The notes beneath the pieces are model-generated. The model was not told where the DNA came from. It made no database searches and saw only the letters and a program-made list of their open reading frames with translations. DNA of 64,000 bases. Source: Eledone cirrhosa (taxonomy: Eukaryota). The stretch covers positions 53,940,001 to 54,004,000 of the forward strand of contig OZ024745.1 in assembly GCA_964016885.1 (NCBI GenBank), given 5' to 3'. A program made the translations under genes and the position numbers. Below, in pieces: positions 13,393 to 25,800 of the stretch (positions are counted from its first letter, which is position 1; each line of letters begins with the position of its first letter).

Positions 13393-13451
13393 CATTTAAG
13401 TAAGTGCCATACTAAGAGTGAGAAATGAAATTTCGTTTTCATTTTGTTTTA

Positions 13452-13538
<87 letters not shown>

Positions 13539-13658
13539 TGTGTGTGTGCGTGTGCGCGCGCGCGTGTGTGTGTATGCCCGAAACCACTTGGTGCCACTGT
13601 CGGTATTATACCTATCACTGTATCCCCCTCTGCATCTTTCCATGCACTGAGTAACCCC

Positions 13659-13769
<111 letters not shown>

Positions 13770-13875
13770 GTATATATATATCAATATATATATCACCTCC
13801 CCACTCTCACCAAGCGTGAAGCTAATAACACCGTGTACCATTGACTCCTGCGTTGTTTGTTTGTTTGTCATTTTG

Positions 13876-13945
<70 letters not shown>

Positions 13946-14253
13946 TTATATTTATATATATATATATGTAATATATGTATGTGTATATGCCTATGTACGT
14001 GTGTATGGGAGAATGGTTGTTGCAGCGGCTGGGTTTGAAACATTGTTTTGAAACAGATTTTGTATATTGAAGGGTTATTCTGCCCATAACTTATCAGTTG
14101 TGGGATGGAAGTCAATTGAGAAAATTACTGATAAGTGTGACGAAAATATAGTTTTGACAGACTAATAAATAAGTAATGGATTAGTTAACAATAAAGAAGT
14201 GAACTAGAACATGTACGCGTGTTTTTATTCACTGAATGACGAATGACCATTCC

Positions 14254-14484
14254 AGTATGTATGTATGTATGTATGTATGTATGTATGTATGTATGTATGT
14301 ATGTATGTATGTATGTATGTATGTATGTATGTATGTATGTATGTATGTATGTATGTATGTACGTACGTATGTATGTATGTATGTGTGTATGTATGTATGT
14401 ATGTATGTATGTATGTATGTATGTATGTATGTATGTACGTACGTATGTATGTATGTATGTGTGTATGTATGTATGTATGTATGT
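14254..14484. repeat. (TATG)n microsatellite
   Basis: Direct reading of the sequence. Confidence 0.95.
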
Positions 14485-14621
14485 ACAACATACATATATA
14501 TGTATGGATATGTGTATATAGATTATGGATATATATATATATATATATAGGAAAGTAAAAGACAACAAGGCAGGAGTATAAGTTACAAATAGTATTAGGT
14601 TCACGCTTAGTGAGAGTGGGT

Positions 14622-14716
<95 letters not shown>

Positions 14717-15035
14717 GAATAATCGAGTATCGAAAAATCGGCGCACGAGTTCACGATAAACAAAATTCGATATGAGCGGCAGAGGGCTCAATAATTCAGA
14801 TAAATCAGAGCTATAACTATCGTTAAAATACCGTCACACATAGAACAAGTCTATAATCAACCGTACGACCGAAAGATTGCGATCTGGAAGATTCGGGACA
14901 TTCAGAAAAAAATATCAAAAAATCAATAAATCAAATGAATGTAAAAAGCATACCCGGACCCGCTAGAAAGATGGTAAATCTAGCTTCTTGGGTTTCTGTA
15001 AATCCTTAAACTGCCCTCTATCAGCTCACATAAAA

Positions 15036-15106
<71 letters not shown>

Positions 15107-15260
15107 TATGTATATATATCATTTATATATATTATGTATATATATATATATATAAATATATGTATTTTTATATATATATATGTGTGTCTGATGGTAGCTA
15201 TGATGCTTCCATAGGCGGTATGCCGGTTGAGCACTCTATGTTCTTACAGAGCAGAGTGTG

Positions 15261-15436
15261 ATATAATGTAAAACGAAAAATCAGTGATGCATCTGAACTC
15301 AATTTATTAAGTGTTGTTTCGCCGGCTGAATCAGACAGATCCATACAATGATCGTGTCTCGAGCTGTCTGCCGGCGAAACAATTGTAACACACAATAAAT
15401 TGAGTTCAGATGCATCACTGATTTTTCGTTTTACAT

Positions 15437-15441
<5 letters not shown>
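15261..15441. repeat. Inverted repeat, ~66-bp arms (15261-15326 / 15370-15441), with a degenerate hammerhead-like core
   Basis: Plus strand 15354-15391 reads gtgt-CTCGA-gctgtctgccggc-GAAA-caattg-TA-acac followed by AATAAA. The 5' core departs from CUGANGA. Abuts (TA)n. Confidence 0.75.
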
Positions 15442-15467
<26 letters not shown>

Positions 15468-15996
15468 GGTGTGTATATTTTTTTTATCAGTAAATTAGAT
15501 GAGGCGGTACCAGTGGCTTCTGCAGTCCATCCAAACAACACGATGAATGAAGTGAGTTGATGTAATATGAATGAAGTGAGCGTCTGTCTGTCAGTAACAC
15601 CGCACAAGAAAACATTACAACGTTGTTGTCTGCATGCAGTGAATGAAAACAAGTGATCTTACCTGAGCCCATTTACTGTGAAAAGTAGTACAGTAATTGA
15701 TTAGGATGCTGTGACATTGATTATCGGAATTTAGTGTTGCAAGAAAAAGATAAATATGCATGTAAATAAAATATGTTGTACGTGTCTGTTCCGAATTTAA
15801 TGAATCACTGTTGAAACTGGAATTATATTTCTACCTGGAAACATTGGTTATAACATCTGATAAAGGAAGGGCCTAGTTATCAATGTAGTTCTAGATATAT
15901 GGAAGAAAAAAACGGGATTGTCATGTCTGTAACCCCTTTGATCATAGGACTGATCAACCAGGGCTGAGCTGAACTATACAACAAAACAACAACAAC

Positions 15997-17651
15997 GATA
16001 AGAAAAAGGAGGAAATAGCACAACGGTTACATACAAAGGAAGTGGATAAAGTGATAGCATGGAGTAAAGAAGTTAAACTCCCACTTAACACAGTAAAATG
16101 CGCGTCAACCTTCTTTGGAACATTCAGTGCAGAAGCGAGGTGGCAACCAAATATTACTATTGACGGGTTAAGACTATCTTTTAACCCTAATCCCGTCTTT
16201 TTGGGCGTCACATATGATAGGACACTCTCCTTTGGGGAACATGTAAGATCTGCCAAACACTTCAACAGCGCGCCAACATCCTGCGCACTCTTGGGGGTAC
16301 CTCCTGGGGCTGGCATACCGCAGATCTTCGTCAAGTATACATCGCAGTGCATCACAGCCTGGCCGAGTACGGCTCCCCAGGCTGGGCTCCCTGGTTGTCA
16401 GCCAGTAACATCGGCAAGCTTGAAAGAGCACAACTAGAAGTAGCTCGAGCGATCACTGGACATTTACGCACAACATCAACTGAGGCTGTCCTACTTGAAG
16501 CACACCTTCCACCGTTGGAATGCCGCTTTCATGCTCTCTCGCTCTTGAAAGCGGATGAATGGGCATATCTCCCCACCTCCGATCATCGAAACCAAGTACT
16601 CAATGCTAACGTAAGGCGCCGACTCCGCCGTCTTGATTGGCGATGTAGACAGCTGCCAGCCCTTGATCGTCTTGGCATACCCTCGACAACAGACACCCAA
16701 CTACAACATAAGAAGCCGCCGTGGGAATTACTACCACCAATCCCTGCTACCTTTATCCCAGTGAGCAAATCAATGCCAGTAGCACTACAACTTAAAGCGG
16801 CACTGGATCATCTATCAACACCCCCTCCCCCGGCCGACATTGGCGTGTATACAGATGGATTAACATGCGACAGTACAACCAATGGCGGTGCCGATCTTGT
16901 AATCATCCAAAATGAAGAAGTAGTTCACGAGTGGCACACTCCGACGGGCGCTCGTAGCAGTTCCTTTCATTCCGAAAGAATTGCATTCAAACAAGCCCTC
17001 CTATGGTTACAGGCAGACACCAGCTGGGAGTCCTCCAATGTCGTCTGTGACTGCAAGTCGCTGGTTCAAACAGTGAACAACCCCTTCCCCCATGACCCTT
17101 TTCTTACCGAGCTGCAAGGGATCGCTAACAAAATCACAAAGGGGAGAACCTTAGCAGCTGTCTGGGTCCCGGGGCACTGAAACATCAAAGGGAATGAACT
17201 GGCGGACGCCCAAGCGAATCAAGGCTCAGCATCTACTCAACTGGAAAGTTCAATCGATGCCGCCACCCGACGCGCCATAATTCGCCGGGAATTAAACCCA
17301 CCACCGATCCAGCATCAACGTCTACAATCAGTCTTTATCCGCCACCCAAATGAAGAGAGTGAGCAAACTCTCTCTAAAGCAGATAGGAACCATCTCGTCT
17401 GCTTCCGCAGTGGACATCACACGTCATTAAGAAGATGGCTCTATATGATCGGAAATCAACACATGCCGTCTGTGCGGAGAGGAAAAAAGAATCCTCCGAA
17501 CATCTTTGGATGAGATGTCCGGCCTTGATGGTGGATTGTTATCACCACCATCTCGACTCCAGCATGGATGAACTCGTGCGTCTCCCACACGCCAGTCTAG
17601 CGCTACTGCGGGTAATCCTCAGGCGCCTGCGGTAAGAAAACAAACAAACAA
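15997..17651 (+). mobile_element. 5'-truncated LINE with RT C-terminus, RNase H and a Cys/His finger (I-group, Ingi/Nimb-like); pseudogenised
   Basis: FLGVTYDRTLSFGEHV and LERAQLEVARAITGHLRTTSTEAVLLEAHLPPL (RT thumb). RNase H motifs VYTDG, SSFHSE, VCDCKS and WVPGH*NIKGNELAD. ESSEHLWMRCP finger and an (A/C)-rich tail. Frameshifts and stops present. Candidate TSD ACAAAACAACAACAAC at 15981-15996 and 17652-17667. Confidence 0.85.
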
Positions 17652-19006
17652 ACAAAACAACAACAACTACATTATCTGATATGCGCTCTCTCGATTTGCT
17701 ATAAATAGCAATTAAATCACCATGAGATATCCTTTAGAAAATGGATGAAAACACTAGATGATATATTCACACATAGTCTAATAAAAACGGAAGACAGAAT
17801 GGTGACGGCAGGAACGTCACTCATCATAGCTATGCTCGATCAATGATGACCTAGGACCAAACAACAACAGTATCAACATATTTGATAAAGGTTAAAATAT
17901 ATTCATAAGGGGGAGTTAATTGCCAAAGAATGTCGCTCTGTTGGTTAGATCTTCCATTTGAATTTAGGATATCAGAGCATCTTACTGCATATTTTTGCCA
18001 TTCCATTCAACAGTACTGAAGGCATATACGAAACAGATTTGAATTTGATTATAAGTTTTCTAAAGATAAATAGTATTACACATAGTCTTTCCTAAAATCA
18101 TCTTCGACTATTTCGACAATATCTATTCAATCAACCAAACTCTTTAAATTAGCATATACGTGGTTGAGTGTTCCCTTAATATATTCCTCAGTTATAATGT
18201 GTGTGACATAGTGTGTGACAAGGCAGAACCTTTGAATTACAGATAATGGTTTCTGATTTAAGCACAAGGCCAGCGATTTTGGGGAGGGGAAAGTCGATTG
18301 AGGATGAAAGGCAAAGCTAACCTCGGCGGGATTTGAACTCAGAATTACCGATAAATGTTTCTACAATTTTTCCGCCTCCCTAATTTGATGATTCAAAGCT
18401 ATGGCTAATTAGATGATTCAAAGCTATGGCTAAAGATATGTGTTCAAGATGCCACGCAATGGAATCGAACTTAGGACTGACCATTCTACAACACCGCATC
18501 CATGCTTGCAATTAATTGAAAATATTGTTTTCAGAGAAGCATTAAATCATTTTGTTTCAAATGTCCTTTCTTTACCATCAGATCGAGGACGAGCTCTGAG
18601 GAATTCCTTGACAAGTGCTAAATGCTTAACATTGGATGTTCATGGGGGAATACAGAGGTTGTTTTCCCGCTGCCATTCCTATCTTGTCAGCTAAATACAG
18701 ACAACTTCATCACATTAAATCCCTCTAATATACCCACCTTGACTAGTACTATATTGAAATATATTCTAAGAATATTAATCATTGCTTAACAGTAAATTTC
18801 ATTCACAAAGTTAGCTTAAAAGCCATTGATGATTACATAAATATGAAAAAGAAAAGAAGATAAAAGCTAAATTATGCAATGAGAAAAAGAGGAAGAAGGT
18901 CTTTAAATGCCATAAGTGAGAGAAAAAGAAGGGGAAAAGCAAGTATTCTATGGTCACAGAAGAAAAGGGGGAGAAGGGAGAGAGTGATGGGCTCTGTGCC
19001 TAGAGC

Positions 19007-19190
19007 GTAGCAGTGTTTGGGCTGCACCCTGCGGACAATGCTGCAAAGGCATTTCCACAGACTATGGCCGCTGACATCCGCTGTAACAGCCACCCCACCT
19101 CGCGGGGTTCATTCCTCAAACGGGCTGCTGACGTTTCAATCTGGAGCTTGGCAGTATTGGATCCGAGGACGCCTGAGGTCTGTAGAGGGA
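19007..19190 (-). mobile_element. 3' remnant of a CRE-type (restriction-like endonuclease) non-LTR retrotransposon
   Basis: TSGVLGSNT...EPREVGWLLQRMSAAIVCGNAFAAL matches the ET.G.LG...DPRE..FL.QR.S.AI.RGNA C-terminal motif of CRE-clade elements (recalled). Confidence 0.65.
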
Positions 19191-20587
19191 TAATGTGAGA
19201 GAGAAGTAGAATGGGAGTGATGGGTGATGAAAGGGAAGATAGACGTGTGGAGGGATAGAGGTGTGAGAAGAATGGATAGGGAGTGAGAGAAGGAGGTAAA
19301 TAGATAGATCGATGGGTTCCACAAAGGCAGAGAACCAAGAGACCTAACTCTAAAAAAGAAAAAAAACGAGAAAGAGAAAAACAGAAGGGTGGAGTGGTAC
19401 TTAGAGTGAATGAGAGAAAAACTGGCAACATGTAAAACAGATTTAATATAACGGTAGATCTTTAAACCTGGCAATATGTAAATCATATAAATTTAATATA
19501 GTTTAATGGTAGATCTTTAAATACAGCGACATGTATAACATATAGGTTTTATATAGTTTAATGGTAGATTTTTAAACCTGGCAAGAGTTTTGAGATGTAC
19601 CAGAAAAAAGAAACAGTGGAGTAAAAATATATATAATGCATTCACGAAACACGTGTTACACAAAAATACGACGAAGATGTTATAAAATGTTAAACTGGAA
19701 CTTCGATCACTTAATCTTGATATATATTTCTTTTCGGAGATCCTCCCCGTCCAGTTTCGAATTGGCCTTAAAATGGGGCTTGAAGCAGTCGTCCAAAGAG
19801 TCCTATCCTAAACTAAGATGGTATGATGTGACCCGAAAGAAATTAGGTTCTTATTTCAAGCAACCGCATAGAGGTTTTCGCTCCTTCACTCGAAGCAAAC
19901 ATATTTGTTATAGTTATTGGTTTAGCTACAATTTTCTTGTTGCATTAGTAATTTTTACAGGAAAAGTACGATTCTAAAGAAGAAAAGGTTCAAACAACGT
20001 TACCATCTAAACCAAAAAGTTCAGCATTACACATTAGTCGCTTGTGTTGGGTCAACAAAACAATTGATATTAGATGGAGATCACATTAGCATCAAACAAA
20101 TTCGTTGCAATTCTGCGAGGGAAGATTTTAGCTGTTCTTTTCTCCCTTTCCCTTTCAACTTTCTGTTTCTTTTCAGTTTTTTTTCTCTTCTTTTATTTAA
20201 CGGTCTTATTAGATTACATGTTTTTTCTTTTTTTGCCACTTTGATCGTATACTTCTATGCATTATATCAATAAAGTTCCATGTGAAAGACCATGGTTATA
20301 ATACAATCTTCCTCGCTGGTCTCATTTTTTTTCTTGGTGGGTAGCAACACAGTGTGTTGCTGCTGACTCTAGCAGAGCCCCAAGAAAACACGTCCACGTG
20401 CATCTTAATATCCTAATATTCAAGAAATGATGGTTAGATTTCTGCCAAAAAACTATATATATTCAAACAAGTTTAAATTGGGTATTGGCTGTAAGTTATG
20501 TATGATTTTAAACAAAAAGTCAGATAACACCAGTTAATTACAACTCGTAAATAAATAAGTTTTTCCGCACAATATACAATTATTAAT

Positions 20588-20644
<57 letters not shown>

Positions 20645-21589
20645 ACTTAGTCTCAACAAACTTTTCCGAGAAAAAGTAATTTTTGAGGTGTCAGCCATGG
20701 CTACTTGATAGATCACGAATTAAGAAAAGAGATTTCCCTTGCGTCGTGACTTCTTATCAAAAGAAATACATTAATATTTATTTATCTTAAAGTTAAACTA
20801 TCATTGTTGTCATATTTAAATAACTTGTACAATAAAGTTTTATAATTCCCAAAGCATTATACAGTTTAAAAAATTGAAACAACATTTTATTTAAAACTAA
20901 TTGTGTATTCACATTAATTTACAGTAGATTAGTATGATAACTATTTAAATTTTTTTAGAGTAAATTATTGAATATATTTCTGAATGCAAACTTATTTAGA
21001 CTTCTGGTTTGACCTCAGTTCAGTCGTGATTGAACAGACGTATGATCAGTAGCAATTCAGCGTTCAGCATCCTGCTTTTTTTCAGACAGATATTGATATT
21101 TTTCATACATTAGATTGTGGCTGTTATTTTAAGCAGATCAAATGATAAGGTGGCGACTCTCCCGCTGATTCCTAGATTTGTTTCTGAATATAGTGTTAAA
21201 ATGTGCAATTAAAATTCTAGATTTCTCAGCGAGAAGAAATATTTCCCATATAAAATTTCATCACTTGAGAGGAATAATTGCAGCATTGCACTCTCTGCCT
21301 GCTTGCTTGCCTAGGTGTCTGATTGTCTGTGTGTCTGTCATTTCATCTACTTCCTCTGCTTTCTATCTCATTCCTTTTCTTAAACTTTCACCCTTTTGCT
21401 CTCTTTTACGATACTATTTCCTATTCTGATTAAATATATATATATAAACAAACTTTTGTTAACCAAGATTTAACCGTAGTTAAAAGAATACGTTTAAGAA
21501 TGTTTAAGAATACGTTTATATGTATGTTATCCCTAGGAGTGTGGTACAAAACAATGTATTAATTAAAACGTGACACTAATAATAATAAT

Positions 21590-21985
21590 GACTTCTGAGT
21601 TAGGCATAAGGCCAGAAATTTTGGGGGAGGGCAAGTCGATTAAATCGACCCCAGTGCATTACTGGTACTTTATTTTATCGACCCCGTAAGGATGAAAGGC
21701 AAAGCTAAACCCGGCAGGAATTGAACTCTGAACATAAAGGGCCGTAACTCTATGCTGTAAAGAATGTTGTTTGACGCTCTACCGATACAGCCAACCCACC
21801 AACCTAACAATAATACTTTTGGCACAAGGCCAGCAATTATCCCAGTGCATTACTGGTACTTTATTTTATCTACCCTGTAGGGATGACAGACAAAGTTGAC
21901 CTCGGCGGGATGTGAATTCAGAACTTAAAGGGCCATAACTCTATGCTACAAAGTATGGTGTCCAACGCTCTACCGATTCTGCTAA
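21590..21985 (-). mobile_element. Two tandem near full-length SINE copies (about 21590-21800 and 21815-21985)
   Basis: Both contain ccagtgcattactggtactttattttatc...gatga(aagg/caga)caaag...gaactc...gggcc(g/a)taactctatgct. Confidence 0.85.
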
Positions 21986-22029
21986 CTTGTCTCACATTAG
22001 CCACACTGGTCTCACATTAGGGCAAGCAA

Positions 22030-22870
22030 CCCTTCCCATTAGTTTCCCTCCAATTTACAGGGGAATACTCGGACCATGCTCACAACTCTCCCCATCTTTC
22101 AACGAACTAACTAGAAAGCAGTACTTTCCTCTCCACCCTGATTTTCCTCTTTATGTGAAATCTGAAACAGCTACTCAGGGTTTTACCGTCCTCATTTTGC
22201 TCAGGGAGTTCTCTGAATTTGGATGCAATAGTATCTGCATACCTGGTCCTGATCTCCTTATCAAACAATGCTTCCCACTTTATCCTGGGCCTGCCAGTTT
22301 TGCGGGTTTCTTTGGCTTTAGATAGTCTCAAGTTGCATATAACTAGATGGTGGTCAGTTGACAGCTCAACCCCTCTCTTAAAACGAACTCCCAGCACAGA
22401 ATCGAAGAGATCAATGACAATAACAAAATCAATTATTGATCTCTGTCCTTGATTCCCTTATACCATGTATATTGATGGATGTCTCTATGCTGGGAGGTGT
22501 TTACAATAGAGAGTCCATTGCTATAACAAAGTCTAGTAAGACCTCTCCTGTCACATTTAGATTGGGTTCATCGTTCCTTCCAGTCACTCTTTTTCATGGG
22601 AGTTCGTCAGTGCTAACATGTGCATTGAAGTTTCCCATCAGGACATATAACGCAGTCTTAACTACATCTAATTCTGCAGTCACTTCACCAAGGAAGGATC
22701 TGTATTTCGAATTCTTGTTAGGTGCATAAACTTGCACCACCTACAAAGTCCTATCTTTCAGCCTAAGATTCAAGAGGCAAATCCTCCCATCTAATGGGTC
22801 CCAGTCGATAACACATTCTGACAGCTGGGGGCTTGTGAGTATCCCCTCTCCCATCTGTATACTCATTATG
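22030..22870 (-). mobile_element. RTE-clade LINE fragment: APE endonuclease domain, decayed
   Basis: Minus frame GILTSPQLSECVIDWDPLDGRICLLNLRLKDRTL*VVQVYAPNKNSKY...LMGNFNAHV and, downstream, RGVELSTDHHLVICNLRL...RIKWEAL. Confidence 0.85.
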
Positions 22871-22872
22871 AC

Positions 22873-25800
22873 TATTGTTGTATCTATTGTTGCAGCTGTT
22901 GAATCTATCGTTGCAGCTGTTGTATCTATTGTTGCAGCTGTTGTATCTATTGTTGCAGCTGTTGTATCTATTGTTGCAGCTGTTGTATCTATCGTTGCAG
23001 CTGTTGTATCTATTGTTGCAGCTGTTGTATCTATCGTTGCAGCTGTTGTATCTATTGTTGCAGCTGTTGTATCTATCGTTGCTGCTGCTGTATCTATCGT
23101 TGCTGCTGTTGTGCATATCGTTGTTGCTGTTGTATCTATCGTTGCTGCTGTTGTATCTATCGTTGCTGCTGTTGTATCTATCGTTGCAGCTGTTGTATCT
23201 ATCGTTGCTGCTGCTGTATCTATTGTTGCTGTTGTTGTGCCTATCGTTGCAGCTGTTGTGTCTATCGTTGCAGCTGTTGTATCTACCGTTGCTGCTGTGG
23301 TGCCTATCGTTGCAGCTGTTGTATCTATCGTTGCTGCTGTTTGCCTATCGTTGCTGCTGTTGTATCTATCGTTGCAACTGTTGTATCTATCGTTGCTGCT
23401 GTGGTGCCTATTGTTGCAGCTGTTGTATCTATCGTTGCTGCTGTTGTGCCTATCGTTGCTGCTGTTGTATCTATCGTTGCTGCTGTGTACCTATCGTTGC
23501 TGCTGTTGTGTCTATCGTTGCTGCTCTTGTGCCTATCGTTGCTGCTGTTGTATCTATCGTTGCTGCTGTGGTGCCTATCGTTGCTGCTGTTGTATCTATC
23601 GTTGCCCGCTGTTGTATCTATCGTTGCTGCTGTTGTATCTATCGTTGCTGCTGCTGTGCCTATCGTTGCTGCTGTTGTATCTATCGTTGCTGCTGTTGTA
23701 TCTATCGTTGCTGCTGTTGTGTCTATCGTTGCTGCTGTTGTATCTATCGTTGCTGCTCTTGTACCTATCGTTGCTGCTGATGTGCCTATCGCTGCTGCTG
23801 TTGTATCTATTGTTGCAGCTCTTGTATCTATCGTTGCTGCTGTTGTATCTATCGTTGCTGCTGTTGAATCTATTGTTGCTGTTGTTGTGCCTATCGTTGC
23901 TGCTGTTGTATCTATTGTTGCAGCTGTTGTATCTATCGTTGCTGCTGTTGTATGTATCGTTGCTGCTGTTGTATCTATCGTTGCTGCTGTTGTATCTATC
24001 ATTGCTGCTGTTTTGTACCTATCGTTTCTGCTGTTGTATCTATCGTTGCTGCTGTTGTATCTATCGTTGCTGCTGTTGTATCTATCATTGCTGCTGTTGT
24101 GCCTATCGTTGCTGCTGTTTTGTACCTATCGTTTCTGCTGTTTTATCTATCGTTGCTGCTGTTGTAACTATTGTTGCTGCTGTTGTATCTATCGTTGCTG
24201 CTGTTGAATCTATTGTTGCTGCTTTTGTATCTATCATTGCTGCTGTTGTATCTATTGTTGCAGCTCTTGTATCTATCGTTGCTGCTGTTGTATCTATCGT
24301 TGCTGTTGTTGTATCTATCGTTGCTGCTGTTGTGCCTATCGTTGCTGCTGTTGTATCTATCGTTTCTGCTGTTGTGCATATCGTTGCTGCTGTGTGCCTA
24401 TTGTTGCAGCTGTGGTATCTATTGTTGCAGCTGTTGTATCTATCGTTGCTGCTGTTGTGCCTATCGTTGCTGCTGTTGTATCTATCGTTTCTGCTGTTGT
24501 ATCTATTGTTGCTGTTGTTGTGCCTATCGTTGCTGCTGCTGTATCTATCGTTGCTGCTGTTGTGCATATCGTTGTTGCTGTTGTATCTATCGTTGCTGCT
24601 GTTGTATCTATTGTTGCTGCTGTTGTATCTATCGTTGCAGCTGTTGTATCTATCGTTGCTGCTGCTGTATCTATTGTTGCTGTTGTTGTGCCTATCGTTG
24701 CAGCTGTTGTATCTATTATTGCAGCTGTTGTATCTATCGTTGCTGCTGTTTGCCTATCGTTGCTACTGTTGTATCTATCGTTGCAACTGTTGTATCTATC
24801 GTTGCTGCTGTGGTGCCTATTGTTGCAGCTGTTGTATCTATCGTTGCTGCTGTTGAGCCTATCGTTGCTGCTGTTGTATCTTTCGTTGCTGCTGTGTGCC
24901 TATCGTTGCTGCTGTTGTATCTATCGTTGCTGCTCTTGTATATATCGTTGCTGCTCTTGTGCCTATCGTTGCTGCTGTTGTTTCTATCGTTGCTGCTGTG
25001 GTGCCTATCGTTGCTGCTGTTGTATCTATCGTTGCCCGCTGTTGTATCTATCGTTGCTGCTGTTGTATCTATCGTTGCTGCTGCTGTGCCTATCGTTGCT
25101 GCTGTTGTATCTATCGTTGCTGCTGTTGTATCTATCGTTGCTGCTGCTGTGCCTATCGTTGCAGCTGTTGTATCTATCGTTGCTGCTGTTGTGTCTATCG
25201 TTGCTGCTGTTGTATCTATCGTTTCTGCTGTTGTGCATATCGTTGCTGCTGTGTGCCTATTGTTGCAGCTGTGGTATCTATTGTTGCAGCTGTTGTATCT
25301 ATCGTTGCTGCTGTTGTGCCTATCGTTGCTGCTGTTGTATCTATTGTTGCTGTTGTTGTGCCTATCGTTGCTGCTGCTGTATCTATCGTTGCTGCTGTTG
25401 TGCATATCGTTGTTGCTGTTGTATCTATCGTTGCTGCTGTTGTATCTATTGTTGCTGCTGTTGTATCTATCGTTGCAGCTGTTGTATCTATCGTTGCTGC
25501 TGCTGTATCTATTGTTGCTGTTGTTGTGCCTATCGTTGCAGCTGTTGTATCTATTATTGCAGCTGTTGTATCTATCGTTGCTGCTGTTTGCCTATCGTTG
25601 CTACTGTTGTATCTATCGTTGCAACTGTTGTATCTATCGTTGCTGCTGTGGTGCCTATTGTTGCAGCTGTTGTATCTATCGTTGCTGCTGTTGAGCCTAT
25701 CGTTGCTGCTGTTGTATCTATCGTTGCTGCTGTGTGCCTATCGTTGCTGCTGTTGTATCTATCGTTGCTGCTCTTGTATCTATCGTTGCTGCTCTTGTGC

